In this document: one piece after another, positions 18,922 through 25,865 of the stretch
Position numbering within the stretch: position 1 is the first letter of the stretch
Layout of the letters: each line of letters starts with the position of its first letter
Assembly: GCA_964629785.1 (NCBI GenBank)
Contig: CAZVRU010000001.1
Location: 34,018-98,017 of the forward strand
Source of the DNA: an uncultured Planctomycetia bacterium
GTDB taxonomy: Bacteria; Omnitrophota; Gorgyraeia; Duberdicusellales; 4484-171
Direction of reading: 5' to 3'
DNA length: 64,000 nucleotides
Notes under the pieces: model-generated
Database searches by the model: none
What the model saw: only the letters and a program-made list of their open reading frames with translations
What the model was told of the DNA's origin: nothing
Position numbers and translations under genes: made by a program

Positions 18922-18998
18922 ATAAATACCTCCGTTTTAATTGAACAATCACGACTATCAGAGGGGATCATATGCGGCCATACCCCTCAATGAATTTT

Positions 18999-19027
18999 AT
19001 TATACTATCAACCCCGCCTCTCTCCAA
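18999..19027 (-). promoter_or_regulatory. sigma70-like promoter for the three-gene envelope module
   Basis: On the minus strand: TTGGAG (19027-19022), 17 nt spacer, TATAAT (19004-18999). The leader contains the hairpin GAGGGG-16 nt-CCCCTC (18961-18988). Confidence 0.45.
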
Positions 19028-19028
19028 A

Positions 19029-19060
19029 CAAAAAAAACCGTCTGCCGGAAAGGCAGACGG
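19029..19060 (-). terminator. Intrinsic terminator after gdhA
   Basis: Perfect 9-bp stem CCGTCTGCC / GGCAGACGG (19038-19046 / 19052-19060) with a 5-nt loop. It is followed on the minus strand by eight T residues (19030-19037). Confidence 0.85.
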
Positions 19061-19094
19061 TCATTTTTGCTGAAGATGCAGGTTTAAATTATAC

Positions 19095-20435
<1,341 letters not shown>

Positions 20436-20524
20436 CTACCCTCCTGTTACTTCCTGTCACACATCGTTACGATAATACCGGATAATGCTTTTGCCGCACC
20501 TGTTATACGAGCTGACACTGATCC

Positions 20525-21916
20525 TTATTTTTTCTCGCCGTTGAGAAAATCTACCATACACTGAGCAGCTTTGCGTGCCTGGCATATCGCGCTGATAACC
20601 GTAGCCGAACCGCTGACGATATCTCCGCCGGCAAAAATATCGGCCACCGAACTTTGACAACATTCATTTACTTTTATATATCCCCGGGAACTTGTTTCCA
20701 GGCCATTCATGGTCGAAGTAAGCAAAGGGTTGGCTCTTGTGCCTACGGCTACGATCACCGTATCCACATCCATGGTGAACTCCGAACCTTTTATCGGTAC
20801 CGGCCGGCGTCTTCCCGAAGCATCCGGTTCGCCCAGTTCGTTCTTGATGCATTTCAGACCGGCCACATTGCCTTTGCCGTCGGAAAGTATTTCCAGCGGT
20901 GCGGTCAAAAGGTGAAAAGCGATGTCTTCTTCCCGGGCATTCTCTATTTCTTCGTTACGGGCCGGCATCTCTTTTTCGCTGCGGCGGTAGACTATCGCGG
21001 CCTCTTTCGCTCCCAGACGCAAAGCGCAGCGGGCGCAGTCAAAAGACACATTACCGGCGCCGATGACCGCTACTTTTTCGCCTATGCTGACCGGCGTATC
21101 GTACTCGGGAAAACGGTAACTCTTCATAAGATTGACCCTGGTAAGAAATTCATTGGCCGAATATACGCCGTTAAAATTTTCGCCGGGAATATCGAGAAAG
21201 ACCGGCAGACCGGCTCCGACCCCGACAAAAAAAGCTTTGAATCCTTTTTCCCGCAACTCATCAACGGTATGGGTCCGGCCCATCACCGCATCAGTATGCA
21301 CCACTACTCCCAGACTTCGGATATATTCCACTTCCTGGCCCACGATATTTTTGGGCAGTCTGAACTCGGGAATACCATACATCAGGACACCGCCTGCTTT
21401 ATGCAAAGCTTCGAACAAATGGACTTCGTAACCGGCTTTGACCAGATCAGCAGCACAGGTAAGTCCTGCCGGCCCTGAACCGATGACTGCCACTTTGATC
21501 TTTCCGGTCTTATCGGCGGCCGGAGCGGATCGGTCCGCGGCTGCGGCATTTTTCAATTCCCAGTCGGCTACGAACCGTTCCAGATATCCTATCTGGATCG
21601 GATCGCCTTTACGGTTCAATACACAAGCCAGCTGGCACTGCTCTTCCTGCGGACATACCCGGCCGCATACCCCGGGCAGACTGTTGCTTTCCTTTATCGT
21701 CCGGATGGCCCCGGCATAATCCTTTTCCCGTATCAGGGCAATAAATTTTTTCACGTCTATTCCGGCCGGACAGCCCTGGATACAGGGAGCGGTCTTGCAC
21801 TGCAGACAGCGCCGGGCTTCTTTAAGACATTCGGCTTCATCGAACCCCTGCGATACTTCCTTAAATGAGGTTTTCCGCTGATCGATAGCAAGCTTGGTTA
21901 TATTTCCTTTTTCCAT
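20525..21916 (-). CDS. NADPH-dependent oxidoreductase, large subunit of the GltD / NfnB / SudA family (annotated as glutamate synthase small-chain-like)
   Basis: Fe-S Cys clusters CLQCKTAPCIQGCPAG and CGRVCPQEEQCQLAC. Two Rossmann motifs: VAVIGSGPAGLTCA and VAVIGAGNVSFDCA. The start is moved from 21997 to ATG 21916, 1 nt after the upstream stop. This gives 463 aa, typical for the family. Confidence 0.85.
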   Translation of the reverse strand: MEKGNITKLAIDQRKTSFKEVSQGFDEAECLKEARRCLQCKTAPCIQGCPAGIDVKKFIALIREKDYAGAIRTIKESNSLPGVCGRVCPQEEQCQLACVLNRKGDPIQIGYLERFVADWELKNAAAADRSAPAADKTGKIKVAVIGSGPAGLTCAADLVKAGYEVHLFEALHKAGGVLMYGIPEFRLPKNIVGQEVEYIRSLGVVVHTDAVMGRTHTVDELREKGFKAFFVGVGAGLPVFLDIPGENFNGVYSANEFLTRVNLMKSYRFPEYDTPVSIGEKVAVIGAGNVSFDCARCALRLGAKEAAIVYRRSEKEMPARNEEIENAREEDIAFHLLTAPLEILSDGKGNVAGLKCIKNELGEPDASGRRRPVPIKGSEFTMDVDTVIVAVGTRANPLLTSTMNGLETSSRGYIKVNECCQSSVADIFAGGDIVSGSATVISAICQARKAAQCMVDFLNGEKK

Positions 21917-21917
21917 C

Positions 21918-22784
21918 CTAATTCCCCTGTTTGTTAAGACATCTGCAATTTTTATCCGGGCGGATCTTCTCCAGGGCCTGTTTTTCCTGGGGGACAAAAC
22001 GTTTCTGACGCGACAATAGTTCTTCGAAATCTACCAGATGACCGTCAAAATCAGGACCGTCCACACAGCAGAATCTGACCTTACCGCCTTCTGTGAGACG
22101 GCATCCGCCGCACATACCTGTACCGTCGATCATTATCGTGCAGAGACAGACGATCGTCTTTATCCCGTAAGGACGGGTTAATTCCGACACTGCTTTCATC
22201 ATCGGCAGGGGGCCGACACAATAGACCAGTTTAAAATCACCGTCTTTTTCCAGTATCCGCTGCAGAGGTCCGGTAACAAAACCTTTTTCGCCGAAACTTC
22301 CGTCATCGGTCACCGGATAAAACGAATCGGAAAACGATTTTATCTCGTCTTTCAAAACCAGAAGATCGCGGGACCGGGCTCCCAGGATGGTATGCAATGA
22401 GCAGCCTGCTTTTTTCAAAGCCTTTACTACCGGATAGACCTCGGCAATTCCCACTCCGCCTCCCACAATAAGTACCTTGCCGTAATTTTCGATAGGAGTG
22501 GGATTTCCCAGAGGGCCGACAAAGGAATAAAGACTTTGTCCGACCTCTAATGTCCCCAGTCTTTTTGTAGTATACCCCACTTCCTGAAACATTATGGTCA
22601 CTGTCCCTTTTCGGGCATCGGTATCGACAATGGTCAAAGGGATGCGTTCACCCTGCTCACTGACCATAAGGATCACGAACTGACCGGGCTGCGCTTTAGC
22701 GGCGACCTCCGGAGAAGCGATGACCATAGAGGTTATCCGCGGCTCCTGATCTCCGCTTACGATTTTCTTCTCGATGATTTTCAT
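21918..22784 (-). CDS. FAD/NAD-binding ferredoxin-reductase-like small subunit (NfnA / SudB / PyrK-like) with a C-terminal 2Fe-2S Cys motif
   Basis: 288 aa. PGQFVILMV, GPLGNP, VGGGVGIAEVYP, C-terminal GTGMCGGCR...FCCVDGP. A GAGGAGGG Shine-Dalgarno sequence is present. Confidence 0.8.
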   Translation of the reverse strand: MKIIEKKIVSGDQEPRITSMVIASPEVAAKAQPGQFVILMVSEQGERIPLTIVDTDARKGTVTIMFQEVGYTTKRLGTLEVGQSLYSFVGPLGNPTPIENYGKVLIVGGGVGIAEVYPVVKALKKAGCSLHTILGARSRDLLVLKDEIKSFSDSFYPVTDDGSFGEKGFVTGPLQRILEKDGDFKLVYCVGPLPMMKAVSELTRPYGIKTIVCLCTIMIDGTGMCGGCRLTEGGKVRFCCVDGPDFDGHLVDFEELLSRQKRFVPQEKQALEKIRPDKNCRCLNKQGN

Positions 22785-22840
22785 GAACCCTCCTCAGATT
22801 ATCCTGATTATCCGGCCAAAAGCCGCCCGGACAGGCCTCT

Positions 22841-22883
22841 AAAAACAAAAAAGGCGCCCTTTCTTATGTGAAAAGACGCCTTT
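22841..22883 (-). terminator. Intrinsic terminator-type hairpin about 55 nt upstream of the NfnA-like start codon. It is either the terminator of the upstream module or a leader attenuator.
   Basis: On the minus strand: AAAGGCGTCTTT-tcacataag-AAAGG(G)CGCCTTT, a stem of about 12 bp with one bulge and one G-U pair. It is followed by TTTGTTTTT. Confidence 0.7.
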
Positions 22884-22896
22884 GTCTTGAAAATAT

Positions 22897-22924
22897 ATAG
22901 TACCACATCAGTAAAACGTGTCAA
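22897..22924 (-). promoter_or_regulatory. sigma70-like promoter (extended -10) upstream of the terminator hairpin and the NfnAB-like operon
   Basis: On the minus strand: TTGACA (22924-22919), 16 nt spacer, TGgTACTAT (-10 at 22902-22897). Confidence 0.45.
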
Positions 22925-22963
22925 CTTTCTTTTAAGCCGCATTAAACGACCACAGACTACAGT

Positions 22964-22998
22964 CGATAATCTATGGTTTATGGTCTATGGTCGATAGT
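22964..22998. repeat. Degenerate 7-bp tandem repeat array (5 units)
   Basis: cgataat|ctatggt|ttatggt|ctatggt|cgatagt, read directly from the sequence. It directly abuts the 48-nt core repeat. Confidence 0.75.
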
Positions 22999-23001
22999 CA
23001 A

Positions 23002-23049
23002 ATTTTGCAATGCTAAATCCCGCCTTGCCGTCGAGGCAGGTTGCAATTT
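23002..23049. repeat. 48-nt conserved core repeat, copy A
   Basis: attttgcaatgctaaatcccgccttgccgtcgaggcaggttGcaattt. It matches 24287-24334 at 47/48 positions in the same orientation and contains the bulged hairpin CCT(T)GCC-gtcga-GGCAGG (23023-23040). Confidence 0.9.
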
Positions 23050-23060
23050 ACAATTTGCAT

Positions 23061-23095
23061 TTTCTCTCGCCTATCGCCTCTCGCCTATTGCCTAT
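23061..23095. repeat. Degenerate 7-bp tandem repeat array (5 units)
   Basis: tttctct|cgcctat|cgcctct|cgcctat|tgcctat. Confidence 0.75.
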
Positions 23096-23127
23096 ATCCC
23101 ATGAATTTTAGCATCGAGTATACTTCC

Positions 23128-23655
23128 TCAGTATTCGATGCCTTCCCGGGCCCGGACGCCTCGGTCAAAAGGATGTTTTTCTTTGACAATGACGCTCAGA
23201 TAATCAGCCAGATGGCACAGCTCAGGCGGGGCAGTTCTGCCGGTCATTATTATTTCGGTCCGGGAAGCTTTTTTAATAAGCTTTTTCAGACGAGCCAGAC
23301 TGCAGAATCCCTGGTCCAGGCTGTTCAGTATCTCGTCGAGAACAATCACCTCATATCTATTTTTTTCCAGAAATTTTTCGATCTTATCCAGGGCCGCGGC
23401 AGTGGAAGCGCGTATTTCTTTCTTTTTAAACGGCAGTTTCCCCTGCTGAAAAAGAGGATGTATCTGATGAGAAAATCTTTCGATTTTCAGGGGAAGACGG
23501 CAACTGGCCAGGGCTTTGATAAAACCGCTGGGAATATTCCGGCCCTTTAAGAACTGGGCTACATATACTTTTTTGCCGAATCCCGCAGCCCGCAAGGCCA
23601 GGCCCAGGGCAGCAGTGGTCTTCCCCTTGCCGTCTCCTATATAAAAATGGACCAT
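23128..23655 (-). CDS. cobO: ATP:cob(I)alamin / cob(I)yrinic acid a,c-diamide adenosyltransferase (CobO/CobA/BtuR family)
   Basis: 175 aa. P-loop YIGDGKGKTTAALGLALRAAG, then VAQFLKG, LDEILN, and C-terminal HPFDRGVRAREGIEY. Its 5' end overlaps the upstream gene by 19 nt. Confidence 0.85.
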   Translation of the reverse strand: MVHFYIGDGKGKTTAALGLALRAAGFGKKVYVAQFLKGRNIPSGFIKALASCRLPLKIERFSHQIHPLFQQGKLPFKKKEIRASTAAALDKIEKFLEKNRYEVIVLDEILNSLDQGFCSLARLKKLIKKASRTEIIMTGRTAPPELCHLADYLSVIVKEKHPFDRGVRAREGIEY

Positions 23656-24143
23656 TGTCTCACTATCTCCGGAATAACCATGCTCAACACCGTCACTATC
23701 CCTCCGGCGATCATCACGCCCAGGAAAATAGCCGTAAACGCTTTTTTGGTATCAAGTTCGACCAGAGTCGCAGCCACGCTTCCGGTCCATGCTCCAGTGA
23801 CCGGCAACGGTATGGCTACGAACATGACCAGGCCCCAGAACCCCCAGGTCCGTACTGCTGTTGAACGTCTTTCCACTGCCGAAAACCACCAGCGGAAAAA
23901 AGACCCGACGAATCTGATCCCGGTGAGCCGGTGGAAAAAATATCGGAAAAAAAGAAGCAGCGGTATCACCGGAGCCAGGTTGCCCAGTAAAGCCAGAAAA
24001 TATGTCCTGAGCGGCGGCAGATGGAATGACACTATGCCCACCGGTATTGCCAGTCGTAATTCGAATACCGGCAGCATTCCCATCAATGACACTGCCAGAT
24101 CTTTAGGCAGTCCGTTTATCCAGTTATAAAGCTCTGCGATCAT
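23637..24143 (-). CDS. Small polytopic membrane protein (COG2426-like putative small multidrug export protein family)
   Basis: Four or five hydrophobic segments. LPVFELRLAIPVG resembles the family motif. The start is uncertain: the ORF track uses TTG 24167, which lies inside the heptamer array. I prefer ATG 24143. Neither has a clear Shine-Dalgarno sequence. Confidence 0.55.
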   Translation of the reverse strand: MIAELYNWINGLPKDLAVSLMGMLPVFELRLAIPVGIVSFHLPPLRTYFLALLGNLAPVIPLLLFFRYFFHRLTGIRFVGSFFRWWFSAVERRSTAVRTWGFWGLVMFVAIPLPVTGAWTGSVAATLVELDTKKAFTAIFLGVMIAGGIVTVLSMVIPEIVRQWSIFI

Positions 24144-24150
24144 AAACAGT

Positions 24151-24213
24151 CGATAGCCAATGGTCAATAGTCACAAATAGCGTTTAGCGGATAGCGGTTA
24201 GGGTCTAGGGCGC
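24151..24213. repeat. Degenerate 7-bp tandem repeat array (about 9 units)
   Basis: cgatagc|caatggt|caatagt|cacaaat|agcgttt|agcggat|agcggtt|agggtct|agggcgc. The first units resemble the array at 22964-22998. Confidence 0.7.
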
Positions 24214-24233
24214 GCTTCGCGCTATTCCATTGA

Positions 24234-24268
24234 AAAATTTAAAACGTAAATTTTAAAATGCAAAATGC
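24234..24268. repeat. 7-bp-periodic A-tract array (5 units)
   Basis: aaaattt|aaaacgt|aaatttt|aaaatgc|aaaatgc. Confidence 0.7.
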
Positions 24269-24286
24269 AATCCTATCCCACGTCCT

Positions 24287-24334
24287 ATTTTGCAATGCTA
24301 AATCCCGCCTTGCCGTCGAGGCAGGTTACAATTT
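24287..24334. repeat. 48-nt conserved core repeat, copy B
   Basis: attttgcaatgctaaatcccgccttgccgtcgaggcaggttAcaattt. It lies 1285 bp from copy A in direct orientation, with the single difference at 24328. Confidence 0.9.
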
Positions 24335-24354
24335 CCGCATCCTTCCGTACTTTT

Positions 24355-24392
24355 GAAATTCGAACGATTAGAATAATAGGACTTCGAATTTC
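24355..24392. promoter_or_regulatory. Perfect 10-bp inverted repeat (candidate operator or AT-rich hairpin)
   Basis: GAAATTCGAA (24355-24364), 18 nt spacer, TTCGAATTTC (24383-24392). Confidence 0.5.
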
Positions 24393-24430
24393 ATCTCCCG
24401 ATGAATTGTGTACAATTTTCGGGACTTAAA

Positions 24431-24458
24431 CCCCGAGAATCTGAAAGATTCCTCGGGG
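24431..24458. other. Long stem-loop in the pcm-downstream gap
   Basis: CCCCGAGAATC-tgaaa-GATT(C)CTCGGGG, 11 bp with one bulge. The 5' arm can alternatively pair with TCGGG at 24419-24423. There is no clear T-run on either strand. Confidence 0.55.
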
Positions 24459-24557
24459 CCGATAAGCTGCGGAAAAATATCGTATATATTGTTTCCGCTA
24501 TTCAGGCGCATCGGGGTTCCTTTTGCCTTTTTCCTTTTTACTTGCCGAGACAGGCGG

Positions 24558-25208
24558 CTATGTTTCGAACCCGTATTTACCGAGAAGCGGCACGAATACG
24601 CACCAGCCCAGAGAGCTCTGCGTGTATTCATCGGCAGTGATCCTGTCCAGGCAGATCAGCTGCTGTTCTACCCTGTCACCTATCGGAATGATCATCCGGC
24701 CCGGACAGCCTAACTGCTTTTTCAAAGGTGCCGGAACTTCAGGCGCCGCAGCACTGACAATTATCTTATCAAAAGGAGCTTTTTCTTCCCAGCCCTGGCT
24801 GCCGTCGCCCTGAATGAGCGACGCTTTAAGCCGCAATTCGTCTAAAACCTCCCGGGCCCGGGAAACAAGACCGGAAACAAGCTCGACACTGAATAGCGAG
24901 GCCTGCATAAAAGCCAGCAAAGCGGTCTGATAACCGCTGCCGGCGCCCACTTCCAGGACTTTATCCCCCGGCTTTATTTCCAGGACTTCCAGCATCAAGG
25001 CCACTATGTACGGCTGGGAGATGGTCTGTCCCCAGCCAATGGGCAAAGGGCAATCGTCATAGGCCCGGCTCTGATCCTGAGGCAGGACAAACTTTTCGCG
25101 GGGTATTCCGCTGAAAGCCTCGAGCACCGACCGGTCGGTTATACCCCGGCCCCTGAGCTGATGCGCCACCATCTGCCGGCGATGCACAGCGAAATCATTT
25201 TTTATCAT
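24558..25208 (-). CDS. pcm: Protein-L-isoaspartate O-methyltransferase
   Basis: 216 aa. GQTISQPYIVALMLE, VLEVGAGSGYQTALLA, and C-terminal FVPLLG. Confidence 0.9.
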   Translation of the reverse strand: MIKNDFAVHRRQMVAHQLRGRGITDRSVLEAFSGIPREKFVLPQDQSRAYDDCPLPIGWGQTISQPYIVALMLEVLEIKPGDKVLEVGAGSGYQTALLAFMQASLFSVELVSGLVSRAREVLDELRLKASLIQGDGSQGWEEKAPFDKIIVSAAAPEVPAPLKKQLGCPGRMIIPIGDRVEQQLICLDRITADEYTQSSLGWCVFVPLLGKYGFET

Positions 25209-25863
25209 GTAGAAATAAAATAAATTTTATGAACCGCAGCGTATCGATTATAGGATTGATCTTGCTCTTTATGTCCTTGCGATAAATGCTGGCAACCGGA
25301 ACTGAGGTGATGGGTATTTTTTTTTCAGCAACCTTTATCAGGATTTCCGATTCTATCTGATAATTGTCGGTCTCGATGGACAGATCTTTCAAAATATCTT
25401 TTTTTATCAGCCGGAACCCGCACTGACTGTCGGGAATATACTGGCCGGTGATCCGGGAAATAAGCCAGGACATGAACCGATTAGTAACAATCCTGAGAAA
25501 CGGCATGCCGGAAGGATACTTCATGCGGTTGCCCACTACACAGGCCTCTCCCCGCCCGGCAGCATCCAGAAAAAGGTCGATGTCGGAAGGCGCATGCTGC
25601 AGGTCGCCGTCCATGATCAGGATAAAAAAACAATCTTCCCGGCCGAGTAAATAATCAATCCCCCGTTTTACGGAAAGGCCTTTGCCGCAGTTCTTCTCGT
25701 TGCGAAGCAGCACGGCATGGCTGTCCCTGGCAATACGGGCCGTGGCATCGGTAGACCCGTCATCTACCACTACCGCCGACAATCCTTTATCGCTGAGTTT
25801 GCATAAAAGTTCTCCCAGGGTTTTTTCTTCATTATACGCAGGTATAAGTACGCATACGTTCAT
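25195..25863 (-). CDS. Family 2 glycosyltransferase (polyprenyl-phosphate / dolichyl-phosphate sugar synthase-like)
   Basis: MNVCVLIPAYNEEKTLGELL..., VVDDGSTD, MDGDLQH. The start is moved from 25899 to ATG 25863, 2 nt after the upstream stop. Confidence 0.8.
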   Translation of the reverse strand: MNVCVLIPAYNEEKTLGELLCKLSDKGLSAVVVDDGSTDATARIARDSHAVLLRNEKNCGKGLSVKRGIDYLLGREDCFFILIMDGDLQHAPSDIDLFLDAAGRGEACVVGNRMKYPSGMPFLRIVTNRFMSWLISRITGQYIPDSQCGFRLIKKDILKDLSIETDNYQIESEILIKVAEKKIPITSVPVASIYRKDIKSKINPIIDTLRFIKFILFLHDKK

Positions 25864-25865
25864 GA

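Noticed and set aside
22964-24268. The heptamer arrays read as a CRISPR array or another spacer-repeat structure.
   Set aside because: The period is 7 bp with no unique spacers, the arrays are 35-63 bp long, and no cas genes are present.
23002-24334. Interpretation of the 48-nt direct repeats as integron attC sites bounding a gene cassette.
   Set aside because: - I found no RYYYAAC or GTTRRRY core sites at the repeat ends.
- There is no extended imperfect dyad of attC type.
- No intI or other recombinase is present in the window.
24144-24557. A cobalamin riboswitch upstream of the membrane/cobO pair.
   Set aside because: I found no B12-box (GCCACTG) or the surrounding conserved core on the coding strand. 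The structures present are different.
24560-24576. A tRNA T-arm-like string, gtttcgaaccc.
   Set aside because: It lies inside the pcm coding sequence. No acceptor, D or anticodon arms can be built around it.
24368-24631. An 87-aa minus-strand ORF. Its internal version (ATG 24511, 47 aa) has an AAAGGAA Shine-Dalgarno-like sequence.
   Set aside because: - The long form starts inside pcm in another frame.
- The short form spans the hairpin and the 10-bp inverted repeat, has no recognisable family, and lies in a region better explained as structured non-coding DNA.
- I did not call it, but ribosome profiling could revisit it.
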